45,065 nucleotides of DNA, from assembly GCF_001194135.2 (NCBI RefSeq), contig NC_068982.1, positions 160,697,100-160,742,164 of the forward strand, given 5' to 3'. Below the pieces are notes generated by a model, which did not search any database, had not been told where the DNA came from, and worked only from the letters and a program-made list of their open reading frames with translations. Made by a program: the position numbers and the translations under genes. This DNA comes from Octopus bimaculoides. Its lineage: Eukaryota. Shown here piece after piece: positions 24,409 to 38,830 of the stretch (positions are counted from its first letter, which is position 1; every line of letters starts with the position of its first letter).

Positions 24409-25053
24409 CATTGATAATCTCTGTGTGTGTGCGCGCGCGAGTGTGTTCGATCTACGATAAGCTACATGTTCGGATTGCAACACAATTGAACGAGCTTGTA
24501 TAGCGTGCTGTGTACTATACGATCGTGCAATCAATCAAGCTCGAAATAAACATGTCAGCTCTCTGGTAAGACTCAAAGCGAAAAGAGATAAAAGAAAATA
24601 ACGAGAAAACAGACAGAAACGAGAAAAGGAAAACTCGGAGAGAAGGAAAATAAGATTTATGTCCCTTTGTTCCGTTACATTCTGGCCGTAAATATAACGA
24701 AACCTAAAAAGAAACCTAGGAAGGTCATATGCTTCTTCTTCAAAACTGAAGATTAATGTAGGGAGAAAATGTTTAAGCTTTAAAGAGAATCATTCCCCGA
24801 AGTAATATTTGGCATAAAAAATTTTAATAAACGTTCCGTGAAAGTTTCTTACAGCTACTGTCATAATATAAGCAAAATCATTATCACGTCACACCAGACG
24901 CCTACTCCAAAATGTAACTGTAGGAACCCTAATATTTGTCCACACGGTCAGGAATGGTTTGTTCAGTTGAATTCAAAGTCGAGACCACCTCAGACGTCCC
25001 AAATAATGAAACTCGTATATAGTATATCCTATCAATAACTAAACAGTGCAATA

Positions 25054-25100
<47 letters not shown>

Positions 25101-25273
25101 GCTTGAGTGTGTGTATTTCATTTCCATTTTCCATAGCTTCTCCATCAAGTGTCATCGATTCGTATACAGGTCATAAAATATCTTCTAAGTAATCGTATTC
25201 TGTGGGTGTATATGTTACATAAACTCGAAATCAGTTAATTTTGTCTCCAGTAGGGTGGGAATGACTACGACTT

Positions 25274-25349
<76 letters not shown>

Positions 25350-27572
25350 TGTATAAGCAATATTTCATACCGTATGCAGAATTCAAGAACATATTTTGAG
25401 GGATAATTGCCACAAAAATACAACTTTGTGAAGAGAGTAATCGTGGAACAGAACAGTAATAAGTGTAATACTTATTACTTTCACCTCATCTCGTAGAGCT
25501 GATACAGCGAGAAAAGATTATTGATGTCGTAGACGTGGAATGTAATAAACCAACCAAAACAGGTGTTAAAGTTCATCATCAAAAATTGTTTGATTATGGC
25601 ATAGATCAAAATAAGTTATAGCGGTATTTCTTCTTTACTTCATTCCATATGTTAATTTAATTTTATTTCACTTTATTTTTTATTACGCAATTTCTCCTAA
25701 CTACATCGTCGCACTCTATCTCCCCTTACAAATTAATCTCCAGTCACCACCCAACAATAATAGCTATATTCTAATCTTTTATGGAGTCTGTCTGCTTTAA
25801 TTTCGCTTAAAGTCGAGAATACTTCTATAAATTCTTAACTAACTAACCTTTAGCTCCAACTATAGACAAATGTTGAAACGAAATCATCAATTTACTTATT
25901 ACTACATAGTGTTACAAATTATACATTTTTCTTCTTATATTTCTGCGTATCTTAATTCATTTTTATTTGAGAATATTTCAACTCTTTATTTAACTAACTA
26001 GATGGCTTCAATATAAATATCATTACAAATTATTATCATGACGCATCTTAAATAGAGAAACTAACTTTCTAATGATTCTGTTTTCTATTCATTTCCTCAA
26101 AAGTTTTAACTTTGGTAAGTAAATTTAAATTTGTGAATAACTAACACCGTCAACCGAAGAAAGACACTGACGTGCCAATAAATATGGTTCTTTTCATGTC
26201 GTGAGTTGAAAGAAACAACATCCCAATAGCCACCAAATAACAGCATAAGTTGAGAAATGAATAACACAGTAATTTAACTAGATGAATGTAGAAACATGTG
26301 CGGTTTGAATGACATTGACCATAGGTCTGGAACGGTTAGCAGACCTGGCACTACAAAAAAAAAAAGATATGTTGTTGTGGCTCCTTAGCCTCAGGTCAAC
26401 TCTGAACCAGCAGTCGTATGATCAAAGCAGTTCCAACCAAGATGCACGATCAACCAGGTTATTACTAGACTACTCTTCTATAGTGTCCAATATTCTTTTA
26501 AACGATACAGTGTTAACTGAAGAAGATTTAGTTATTTCGCGCAGAGGTTTCTCTTTCATGATTTTGTGTTTACAGTTGGCGTTGAGTGAGTGCTAAAATC
26601 GTCTCCAGATACTGTGCGTTCATTGATATTCCTTTCCATTTTCTTGCCAATTCACTTTATTTTTTATGATTGATTTAAATTCATTCATTTATTCTTATTT
26701 AACCCTTTATTTTCTACTATTTTCTCAGTAATGACTTAGAATCTGCAATCGTCTCAGCTCTGACGTGTCTTCACACGCTGCAGTAAAGGTAGTTTCACCC
26801 GAATCGTAAACTAATTTAATTCCAGTAAAACAAGCTGCTAAGTACTATTACTACGAAGAACTACGATAACCCGTTTTCTTCCCATATTTCTATTGATAGA
26901 AGACCACCATATGAACATGGATGGGTTCTAGTTGAGTTCAATGTGTAACAGTAATCGGACCATAGATATTTAAAGGTATTTTTCTAGTTACAGAACTCCT
27001 ACTTCTCTGTATTTTACTGAATATTTCTCTTCTAATATAAAATGACTTCAGATTTTATAGTTACCACTTTTCCGTATATCTTCTGTACTGCTTGTTATTT
27101 AATCATGACTTATCGCATGTACCTGATTATAATTAGCATACGGCTATATTTCTCACGCTTACAGGTGAGTAACTCTTTCGAAAACGTCTAGTAATCATTC
27201 GATGCCATATTTAGACCCATTTTGTTCTGTTACAATCGTCGATAACAAGCTTTCTGAATCAACATTTCATTTTTGCGATCGTTTGAACATTCGCAGCGTT
27301 CAATTTGTTTCGTGAAGTTACTTCCCAGGGTTTACATCACATTATTTCATTTTACAATTTGTACAATGTAAACACAACATTATCGGTGTATTATATTCAT
27401 TTAGTGTTTAGTCTTGAAATTAAGGGTTTTCTCATTATGTATGCCCCGGGAATTTTTCTGCCTCTTTCTCTAAATCATCTAAATAATTTTGCAATCATTT
27501 GTATGCGCCAATTCAATATTTTAACAAGAAATTTGATTTGTTATCACTTACTGCTGTCTTCCAACTGTTCGT

Positions 27573-27656
27573 TTGTTTGCATCTGAGAGTCTTCGTTTAT
27601 TTGTTTGCATCTGAGAGTCTTCGTTTATTTGTTTGCATCTGAGAGTCTTCGTTTAT
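27573..27656 (+). repeat. Perfect 28-bp minisatellite, 3 copies
   Basis: TTGTTTGCATCTGAGAGTCTTCGTTTAT repeated three times. Confidence 0.95.
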
Positions 27657-28029
27657 TATTGCTTACTTCAATTGTTTGGCTACTGCACCTGATTTATGCA
27701 TTGCCGTTGTGGTGATCGACCCATTGTTAATGCACCTCCACAGAATATTTTTGTCGTGTTTTACTGTTGACACTGTGATAAAATGTTGTAATGTTAGGCC
27801 TTGTAATATTATCACGATTTGTCTTGGAGTCAAAATTCATTTTCTTCAATGCATTCTGATCTCTTTTTCATAGCACTAGATTATTTCCGACTTACCGAAG
27901 CCCTTGTAGAACGTCTTTGATTTTCGTTACTATTTTCGTTCTTGTCATGCTTATTATTAGTAGGGCATTCGATTTCCTATATTGCAATGTGCCGCTTTTC
28001 TACGTTCTGAATTCAAAGTTCACCAAATG

Positions 28030-28140
28030 TAACCATTCTCCCCCCTGGAGTCGGTAAAAGGAAGCATCAGTCAAGTATTGGAATTAATAGATTCGGTTAT
28101 TTCTCCTTCCTCCAAACAGTTAACCTTGTCGTAAATCATA
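28030..28140 (+). mobile_element. Decayed SINE body/tail fragment (family of 3051-3243)
   Basis: ggagtcggtaaaagg..cagtcaagtattgg..ctccttcctcc..aaccttgtcg, followed by a TAG/TAA-rich tail. Confidence 0.4.
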
Positions 28141-28782
28141 AATAATTGTTGGTAGTAGAAGTAGTAGCGGTTAACGCCAATACTTCAGAATATTTTGATT
28201 GTAAGCAACTTGGCCGCAATGATTTATATCCATTATAGTAAACGACTGCATTTTATAGCAATTACCTTGATCTCCTCCTAAAGTTAAACATTTTAAACCT
28301 TTCTGCGTAAAAAAACTTGGATTTTCACAGAGATTGCTTTAAATGGTTTTCGCTTATAATTCTCTTTTTCTTTTTGTAAACTACATCTGTTGTTGAAACT
28401 TTCGGCAGTAATCTCTACTTACGAGCTATTTGTATGTAATCTACTTAGGAAATGCTGGATTTTTAGAACCAAAACTACTTTAAGTTTATATATATATGTC
28501 TTTATATATTCAGAACTATATTACGTTCATTTCTTTATTTATATTTACATAGTTATATATTTCCTGGCAGTATATTTCGGAATAAAATTCTGATATTCAA
28601 CTGAATATTTTTTGATTGACATAGATTAGAAATATTTGAGTGATAAATCCGATGAGAAATCATGTCCTTCGTCGCTAGAATTAGAAAAATAATATGCCTC
28701 AAAGTACAGGTTATCTTCATAAAGAGGGCGGAAACAGTTTAATATAGTTACTGTACATACATATATACATACAAACAAATAA

Positions 28783-28826
<44 letters not shown>

Positions 28827-29301
28827 NNNNNNNNNNNNNNNNNNNNNNNNNNNNNNNNNNNNNNNNNNNNNNNNNNNNNNNNNNNNNNNNNNNNNNNNNN
28901 NNNNNNNNNNNNNNNNNNNNNNNNNNNNNNNNNNNNNNNNNNNNNNNNNNNNNNNNNNNNNNNNNNNNNNNNNNNNNNNNNNNNNNNNNNNNNNNNNNNN
29001 NNNNNNNNNNNNNNNNNNNNNNNNNNNNNNNNNNNNNNNNNNNNNNNNNNNNNNNNNNNNNNNNNNNNNNNNNNNNNNNNNNNNNNNNNNNNNNNNNNNN
29101 NNNNNNNNNNNNNNNNNNNNNNNNNNNNNNNNNNNNNNNNNNNNNNNNNNNNNNNNNNNNNNNNNNNNNNNNNNNNNNNNNNNNNNNNNNNNNNNNNNNN
29201 NNNNNNNNNNNNNNNNNNNNNNNNNNNNNNNNNNNNNNNNNNNNNNNNNNNNNNNNNNNNNNNNNNNNNNNNNNNNNNNNNNNNNNNNNNNNNNNNNNNN
29301 N
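28827..29301. other. Assembly gap (N run)
   Basis: N run flanked by (AT)n. Confidence 1.
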
Positions 29302-29589
29302 TATATATATATAAAAGTGAAGGCAAGACAAATACCTCAAGTCATATAGATTATCATTATTATTGGAAAATATTCTAAGTTTTACAGCTTTTTCTGGAAT
29401 ATCTCAGAGTATATGATATCCCGCCATCAGAGAGAAATAGGAAAAATCAAAAGGGTATAGATTAATGAAATGACGACATAGAGGAGGACAGGAGTAAAGG
29501 AATAAGGAGATGAAGAGAGAGAAGAAAAAGAAGCATAAAAGTTCACAGTTCAGCTTTCTGATGTCGAAATAAGGGAAATCTGGACACAG

Positions 29590-30030
29590 AATTCAAAGGG
29601 TAGTACAAGCATTTAGTGGTTTGGAGCTACGCGTTTGGTGCCAACGACATATAAATAACAACACAAAATTGGCACTTTACAAATTGTTTGTCTTACAATC
29701 CCTCTAGTATTCTTCTGAAACATGGAGATGTTATGAAAGACATTTCAAATTGATACAACAATTCCACCAAAAATGTCTTCCTCGCATTTTAAATATTAAA
29801 TGGAGCTCTTTTAATCCAAACTCAGATGTCCTTGCGTCTGCAGGCATCACTTCAATTAAAGCAATGATTCTGAAAAACCAAATGAGATTGTCTGCCCATA
29901 TTGTTCTAATAGCAGACGAACGCACACGCAAACAGCTTTTATGGTGAACTTGGAGAGGGGAAACGCTATCGGTGTAAACCTAAAAAGATTTTTAAGGACG
30001 GCACAAGGACTACCATGAAGTCACTTGCTC
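29590..30030 (+). mobile_element. RTE-clade LINE, 3' RT fragment, decayed
   Basis: RIQRVVQAFSGLELRVW..NTKLALYK; QQFHQKCLPRILNIKW..NSDVLASAGITSIKAMILKNQMRLSAHI..DERTRKQLL(Y)GEL..GKR, matching the RTE C-terminal pattern. Confidence 0.85.
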
Positions 30031-33000
30031 AGTTTGTGACAGATCATGTTTTCCTACTAAATTTCGTGTAAAATCGAAAAGTTACCCCATTGTAGCACAT
30101 GATTTCCATTTTTTGTTGTTTTATGTCAGATTGTAAATCTGCTCTGATCGAGCAAATATACATTCAAAACTATTCCAATATATGTGTGTGAATTCGTAAA
30201 TATGAACCAACAGAATAGACGCGTAGTGAACTCTCGACCGACTAGATTAGTTCCCAAATATGCTTCAAACCAAGCTCTATAGGGTGAAATCAAAAATAAC
30301 ACATGAGACAATTCAATGCCTTGAATTCATAAAACAGAATTGCTAAAACTGGAATGTCTTTAGCCATAGGTGTGATGATGCAGTTTTCAACTGGTCGTTG
30401 AAAAGAGTATGATCAACACTACTTGTAAATGGTGTAAATGGCTTCTACATTAAGTATTTTTTTTATGAAAGCCAGTTCTTCAAACAGTAAACCGATGACG
30501 CTAGTTTAAAACATTGCTTCTCAAATGTAATTAACGGAACATTTACAAAGACAGAAGACAGAAGACTTATTAAAAGACTGAAAATTACAATTTCTCATTT
30601 CGATTTTTCAATGTAAACACTAATTACATATCTTGTTAATAGTGATTTTAGTACACCATAATTTTGCTGGGACATTTCTAAATATTTTGTCGTTACATCG
30701 TTGTTGCTTATGCTCAAATCAAACTTATCAAACAAACATACAGTCAAGCACATCCTAGTTGTGGACATCAACCTTGTTTTTTGCATATTTTATCTGAGAC
30801 TACATTATCGGATGTATCCTTTTCTTAAAAGCATTAGAATATGATTTGAAAGAGAACTGGTTGTGCATTTCTAACATACTGAACGACGTCGTAGAAGTTC
30901 CTTCCTGGATGTTATCTTGTAATTTTAGCATGAAAATTTAACATGATAAAATATATATCACTTCAAGTAAAACAGCCAACATTTCAGCTCATCAGTTAAT
31001 TGTATCAAAAAATGTAGAGCCGTTATAATGCTATGCGCCAATATTTACTAGTGTTTTTGTTGTTAAACTTTTATATCTTAATTCACTAAATTCCGTTATT
31101 CGGAAAGGATCGATGGGCCACACGTTCGCGTATTGGTACTGTAAATGGATATCTGATTGAAAACCTTTCCATGTCTTCCTTACTGTTCAGACATCGTACA
31201 TACATGATCATATTATCCAATGCGTCTTTCCTTACTTAATACGTAAGGTGATATGAGGGTATTTTGATCACAATTTCAACCAGTTTGAACAATTATTCTC
31301 AGACACCTCTTTTTCTGGAATAAGTGTTAAATACACGTGGTTTCCAATTGCAATTAGATGGATTGCTTAACGATTATTCAATCTATTTGACGAATCACAG
31401 CAACATTCGAGAAAAGTGAGTCTATGACTATGTAATGCTTAGTGCGCCGTCTGAACTATTACTTTGCCACCTTTTACACAACTTAAGACACACGTTATAT
31501 ATCAGCTATGATTCTTCTTTGTAATCAGTACGATCAGATATACTTTGTGTTTTGCAAAACTTTATGTATTATGTGTAGAATAGTTCTGAATTGCAATTTT
31601 ATGGTGAAGTAATTTGCCTTACATCTTGAGGGAAAGGAAAACCGTCATTAATATTTTGATAGATGAGATGAAAATGAATTCAGTTAGAAAAAGTTTCATT
31701 TAAATATTTTGCATTTTGCAATTCTACATGTATATGATAGGAGAAAAATATCATGCAGTTAGAAAACTTGGAAAATATTCAATTTGAAATAAATGCTCAA
31801 AGTTTCGAATGCTAATTTACCCTGTAACTACCGAATTTGATAATGAACTATTTATATTTGCCAGCGCAGAATGGATGCCAATCATTTTGCATAATAATCA
31901 AGGTAGCATGCTGAAATCAATAGAATTCTATTTCGCTAAGGTAACTGATTTTCAATAAATGTTGTCACAATTAGTTACTTTATGCTGTACAAATTCTATG
32001 ATTTTAGAACACTTATTGGTAACCAATGTTTGGTTTCCTAGAAGGAAAATAAATAATCGATATCAATCGTAAGGAATGGAATTAAAGTTGTTGCTCACCA
32101 AAAATTAGGTGTTTGTATATGTTCTCGCCAAATTCTTGGTTAAAATTCCGTTAGTCCCTCCAGGCTTTTCTTTAATTGCAGTTCCGGTAAATGATATAAC
32201 TATAGAATTTGTTTTCCTGCTGAAATAGACAGGTATATATTGTACATTATACAGATAGTACAACATTTATATAATAAAATAACGAAAGCTGTGCTCTTCT
32301 ATGTGGTCGCTCGATCTACTGAAAAAATCGGTCAAATCTCACTCAATTTCACATCCTGCCATCTACTACAAAACAAATCACGTTGTATGAGGTCACAGGA
32401 ATGGATGACACAGTTGTAACTAGAAAAAACCCTGNNNNNNNNNNCAAATCACGTTGTATGAGGTCACAGGAATGGATGACACAGTTGTAACTAGAAAAAA
32501 CCCTGAGCTGTTCAACGACTACTGATCTAGGGGCAAAACACTGATGAAAGAACAAAAACTACTGAAATCAGTAGTAAAGATATTACAAATGATATACTCT
32601 GTAAAAGAGTGCACCTAATTTAAAGTTAAACAAATTGAGTATGTGATTGTGTTTGTGTACAGAATAATATCCAACGTAAACCAGCAGACAGTATAATCCG
32701 TGTAATCCGGAATGTAATCCGACAACATTATCTGGAGTCATAAAAAATATAGTGTCAGTCTGTTGTATCTACAGGGAAAATACACTAGTTAACAACAAAA
32801 TTTGCCTTTTCTTAGTTCTGAATCTGTCTGACGAGAGACAAAAACACTGAAGAACTGAAAAAATTGAAGTATTGCCAATATTATGTCTGTACGAATATGT
32901 CTGTAACGATTGTCATAGGTTTACAAATGAAAGAAGAGAACATATATAATCAGGATATTTGACATATAGTACCAGGATATCTAAAAAGTTTAAATTTCTA

Positions 33001-34060
33001 ATGGAATAAAACGTGTTAAAAAAGGAAGAACGAGTTTAGAAGGCATGTGCATTTCCTACAAATGCATTCTTTATAATTGTAAGTAGTTTATTTATCCTTG
33101 TATTGAATATAGCTATCACAACAATGAGTTTCTAACATTTTGCTCTTGTGACGGCAATAAATGTCAAACTCGCTTTCATCCTCATAGCATTGCTATATTA
33201 TTTAAATACGTAGATAGCTGCTGTTCTGCCGAGCTCTCTTCTTGTTCCTTTATTGATGTTACTATTTAAGTGAGTCAAATTTCGACTCATTCATATTATT
33301 TCACTGCCATTGTCCCTTCAGGTAAGAAAAATGTTTGCAATAATAATTTATTCCCACAAAAATTTCTTTCCTGGAACTCTCTTTGGTCTCTTCATCTTGT
33401 TTTGTTTCTGGGTTAGATTCTCATTAGATGCTTATTTTCATTTTTAAACTCCCAACAAGCTAAATTGTTGCATGAGGCGTATTTTCTTACTGGCTACTTG
33501 CCACATTATAAAGAATGACTTCCAATGAAAAGTTAATGGAAATCATGCCAACCTCTACGTAGATTTTCGATAAATGCAATTATACGAAGTCGTATATCTA
33601 CATTTAGTGTAAAGTATTATAGCAAAGTTACTCGTGGAAAATCAACGTCATTCCATATAAGACATTACTGTGACGATAAGTCGGGCTAATTAATGATTAC
33701 ATGTGCAATGTCCACCACAGATAGTTCATATAATCAACATTTCTGATGAGATTTGCTTTTCAAATGGTTCAGTACTTCTTATTTTCATTAATATTTAGTG
33801 TGTGTCTCTCACTCACGGATTGTAAATGCATAAACTTCTATATTTCGCATAATGTATGTCACGTATCCACAAGAGCTACTCATTTTGTCGAAATTGGCAT
33901 CATACTTATGTTCTAGCAAAATATACCATTGTGTAACTTTTTAATGGTATGCAAACTACTTTTCTCCAGGTTGCTTTTGTTTCTATCTTTTGCTCGGGTA
34001 TCTTTACCCAACTCAGTTATGGAGTCACAAATTCTTAAACATGATGTTTTTTTAACTCAC

Positions 34061-34142
34061 CCCGATTCCGAAGATACTGATCACACTTTTGAGAACCACG
34101 CCGATCTATTTGCTTTTGCAGTTGTTGTTTCGGTGTTTCTGT
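34061..34142 (-). other. Candidate 82-nt exon of an unidentified minus-strand transcript
   Basis: Strong acceptor tgtattgtatctttcag and donor GG|gtgagt; one open frame TETPKQQLQKQIDRRGSQKCDQYLRNR. Confidence 0.35.
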
Positions 34143-35499
34143 CTGAAAGATACAATACAGTATTCACACGCTACATGAACTGATCTTAATTATATCAAAT
34201 CTATCGATGGACCCTATCATTATTTTTCTGAAATCCGGGTTTTGATATGCATGGGAGGAATTACCGCAGCACTCTAGCCACTCATACAAATGTTGACAGC
34301 AGGACTTAGTATGCATCTTGGGATATTACATGGCTGTGTGATTAAAGATTTGACTACCATGTTTGTAAGAGCCTAGTGTAAATTATTTCGTCACCTTATC
34401 GTTATTCACTGCAACATTTTATGTTTCATTTCCATCAAAACTTTGTTCATAACATTCATCATGTGAAACCGGAGATAATTAGACTCTTGGTGCAAATGTT
34501 TTGTTTTATTTTTTTAGTTAGAAAGCAGTTTCCTCACGTTCAACTATCAATTATGAGCATATCCTTTAGTCATATTCTATCTTTTTATTAGCTAAAAATT
34601 CTGATATGAAAACCAGCTGGGGGTATTTTCAACATCATAGATATTTCCAACGCAGATTCTTAAACAGAATCAACAAAGACGTTATAGATTACATTCGCTT
34701 TCCTTTGCATTGTTGACCCTAGCAAGTAACCTTTGGATCTTCATTTGAAAAATTGCAGCTTCTAATGTTGTCTAATTTCAATACACATTAACATTTAGAA
34801 GACAATTCGCTTTTAATAGTGTTCACAATGCAGCTTCTATGTTCTGTTGTACAGGATCTCTTTTTTCGTTCAATAACATTCAATCATTGTAATGTAACTT
34901 AACTTGCGATTTTTAATAGTGTCCTTTCAACAAATTGCATCTACAGTGGTTTGCTTATTCCAGTATGCCTGAAAGACCAATAGGGACTTGATAATATTTT
35001 TGAACGCTGACTATTTAGTGTTAATTCCACATTCTACAACAAGGGTGTTTATTTGCCCTTTGTGTATGTGTGTATATCTCTCTATACACAAATATTGTGT
35101 AATAATTGCTTAATCCGGGATTGTAAACAGATGCCCTCCAAAGTAAGTGCTGATACAGTCGATGTTTTGTACCCTGATTATCTATTTTATTGTCACTATG
35201 GAGCTTGCTATCAGGTGAAATACTTTCGTGTGATGTTTTATTGTTGTAAAACTGTAGACTTTTTCTGACGACTGTGTATGTGTAGCCATATTTTCGGTGC
35301 TCGTTTATTTTCTGGGATTTTGAATTACATGCACACGGCTGTTAGGTTCAGAAGAGTGGGAAATACTCATGAATTCGAATTTCTGATAGTTTAATAATTA
35401 AAAACAGAAAAAATATATAATACATTTTGGGTTTTTTTCTTTAGAAAAACATCAATATACATCAATATTTAAACTTCAATTACAAATACAGCATTACAA

Positions 35500-36060
35500 G
35501 GGAAACATTCTAAAGGTAAAATACCTCTGTTACAATATATAACCCATCCAAAGAAAGCATTTTTACCGTAGCAAGAGCAAGTCTGCGAATCCTTGCGTAC
35601 AATCCGCAATTATATCAACTGATCAATAAAGAAATTGTAATTCAAAGCAAAAACAAGCGAGAAGTAAACTGCTTATTAACTCGCACAAAACCTGACCAGG
35701 ATAAGAGCGGTAAAAGACTTAAAATAAATATATCTAAAGGTAGTTGATGTAATACTTGTGAATATATTCATATTGGAACGAACGAAAGACAAAATTTGGA
35801 ACTACTATATGTAGGTTCTCTGAAAGCAAGGTTATTATATATCATTGAATGCCACAATTTCAAAAATATTAATATTGGACAAACCAAAAATGCATTGACT
35901 GAGAGGATGTGGATATACAGACATAACATGATAACCACGATTCCATTAAGTGAATATTTGCACAACTGTACTTGTGGAACTTTTAAAATACTCCCTTCTT
36001 TTTAAAGTAGACAAAGAATGTAAAATTAGAAGGACTTTTAGAGAGAAACATGCTTTGAAA
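35500..36060 (+). mobile_element. Decayed Penelope-like GIY-YIG fragment
   Basis: LLYIIECHNFKNINIGQTKNALTERMWIYRH..IPLSEYLHNCTCGTFKILP. Confidence 0.75.
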
Positions 36061-37974
36061 ATATGTAGAATACTTATATTACATACGGAAAATATGTAAA
36101 TAATACAATAACTCGTATTAGTATTAGCAATATAGGAAATATCAGGCATACTGGTGGTGCAAATTAACAGAGAGAACAAAACGCAGAAGAGTCAATAATA
36201 GGAAACAATAAAATAATGTTAAATATTGTTCAGTATAGTAGGCGAGGTGAAAGCGCAAACAGGGTTTTAGAATATATAAACTGGGTGAAATTTAAAATTT
36301 TCTGTGGGAAGAATTTACTCAAGCTGTATATGAAATCGAACAGAAGTGCGAGATCTTACAGATTTTATCATATACCATACTTCATTCACATCAGCCATTA
36401 GAATATCAGGCTCTGTTGCCATACATAAAGGACGATCCTGTCGGTCATTTTGGAATAATTTGCCTGAATTTATAATACCTCTTTTTATCCTAAAGTGTAG
36501 GCCCTTAAAGCCTACACTTATGGTTTTAAAATGTGTAACGGTGCATATTAAAGCTTTTATTTAAAAGAGTGCAGCAAGCTCTATATAATATTTACTTCTG
36601 TTATGAGTAATTACTGTACATTTATCAAGAATGTTATTACGAAAGCAATTTCCATCGAACGGACAATTCTCCAGAAGCCTACAATTATAGCCATATATAA
36701 CTATATCCTTATATAATGCCTTTATGCCTTTATCCATATATAATTATATCCATATATAATGCCTTTATGTTGATTGGCATAAGCAAGCTTGTTATGCAGA
36801 TTGAACTATGCTCAAAACTCAGATAATCGAGAGAAATTATTAATAAACCCATTACTACGATGAATTTAATTCTTAGGGCTACTATAGATCAAGTTATTAC
36901 AATACATGCTATTTTAGCCTTCTAACTCTGTGAGTTTATTTTCTCTAAAAATATGTACTTGATTTTTAAGAGTCACATCTCAAAATATGGGTACTCCATT
37001 CCAGTTATTTTCCATACGAACTACCAATTTCTTGGACTTCTTAGTATTCTACCAATCTCTTGGACTTTTTCCGTTTGAACTTGGTCCAGATCAGTGATAA
37101 GCATGGTGAAAGATTTCATAAAGCAGTCACTATTATTGGAACAATGTATCAAGGGCAGATCGCTCTCCGCATGATGGTAGACTTTTGGTGGCATCACTTT
37201 TCTTGAACTCCTTGCTAGTATTCTTAGCAGTAAAGTCAATGTTGTAACTTTTCTGTGGTAACTTTTTTCTAAGTGCATGTTATTTTAACAGTAATTAATT
37301 ATAGTTTAGTACTTCAATAAATCACATACAATGTTCACAAGATTAAACACTTTTTCCATAAATCTATTGTATGTGGGATATTTTATAGATGAAAATGTAG
37401 ACAGGATGGAGAAAAACGAATTTTATATTTTTAAACAGAACCCTAAAATTAATTAATATCAACAAAAGTAGTGATTACTAAAAAGATAATTAGTGCCATG
37501 CAGTGTATCTTTGTTAAAAACCAGCTCATTCCTCAGAGGAAAAATTTAAATAATTATTAACAAAAGAGAACATACATTATATCGAGGGACATTTAGATGG
37601 CCTTTGACGTTTTGAGAATATGATTTTGAACACATTGTTTTATACAAAGTTCTTATTCATCTTGGAAGCGTATTTTACAACTGGCTACAAATCATCTTCA
37701 GGAGGCTACAGAAGGCTTGCGCTGTTGGAAAACTTAAATTATTTTGACATTAAATATGAACAGCAAAGTTTTAAATGTAAACGAAAAATCGATTTTTTTT
37801 TAAATGAAGTTTTTACAATAAAGATAATCACTTGCGCCTCCTCGGCTACGTTATATGTTTATGTATAATTGAAATTTAAATAAGTTTTAAAGAATCCCTA
37901 TAAAAACCTAGTCATGTGTCTATAAAACTTTACACACAATCGCCACAAAACATAAATAATTGTATTCGGCATGG

Positions 37975-38195
37975 AGAAAAATGTTTCGCTTTGTTACTCC
38001 AATTGAATTACAGCATATAAATTATTTTCTATTTTCTAATAAATTCAAATTACTTTTATTTCATTTGAAGTTTGGGCAGGATAGTTTGTACCTTTCCTTT
38101 TCTTTCGTTTATAATATTATGGCTTTACAATGATAATATATTGTGACAGGTAAAACATAATTTGATGTTTAAAGTCACAAATTGAATTAATGAAT
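37975..38195 (+). repeat. Old duplicated segment, paralogous to 42320-42523
   Basis: ttatttcatttga..tttgtacc..caatgataatatattgtgaca(g/a)gtaaaacataattt..tcacaaat shared. Confidence 0.8.
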
Positions 38196-38196
38196 G

Positions 38197-38239
<43 letters not shown>

Positions 38240-38830
38240 GTGTGTGTGTGTGTGTTTATGTATCTATGTGTGTGTGTGTGCGTGTGTGCGTGTGTGCGTT
38301 GTATCTATGTAGAGTTACTGCTAATAAGGAAAAAACATATATGACTGAATGAGATACTATCATCGTTGTTTACTCATTTCCTAATTCAGTTTAAAAGACA
38401 TTAGTTCGTTTTTCTTTAACATTATCTTATTTTTAGCGGGATCATTGTGTGAATGAATGATAGAATATATGTGTGGTAAGTATTGTAGCTATTATAAGTT
38501 ATTACTTTAATGTAATAAAAGTGTACACCAACCGATAGCATACTTCATGAATCGGTGATGCAGCACTTTTGATGGGGAATTTTAGCTCAAATATACAGTG
38601 CCAAAGCAGCCTCTTGCGTTTTGGCAGAGAATAGCAGAATATGGCCTAATTCATTTTACTAGCATGACATATTTATTATATTTAAGGTAAAAAGTAAAAC
38701 TGACTTCGGTGAGATCAGATTTGAGAACTTAAATTTCGTGAAAATAAACTGCAAGGTATTTTCTTTGGCACTGTAATGATTCTGCAAATCCACCATACAC
38801 ACTTTACCAGATTGATCTCTGGAATATATA

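Noticed and set aside
27573-27656. 28-bp repeats as a CRISPR-like array
   Set aside because: No spacers and eukaryotic context; it is a simple minisatellite.
30975-31000. Minus-strand CTGATGA-GCT-GAAA
   Set aside because: Too short for stem II; not a hammerhead.
32374-32505. Exact 61-bp direct repeat
   Set aside because: Flanks a 10-N gap; contig-overlap artefact.
27150-33327. CAG|GTRAG zero-length (recursive) splice-like sites at 27164 and 33321
   Set aside because: Equally explained as ordinary donors or chance; no host transcript established.
36493-36519. Perfect 10-bp hairpin AAGTGTAGGC/GCCTACACTT
   Set aside because: Isolated, too short for a pre-miRNA, no ribozyme core or Helitron CTAG end nearby.
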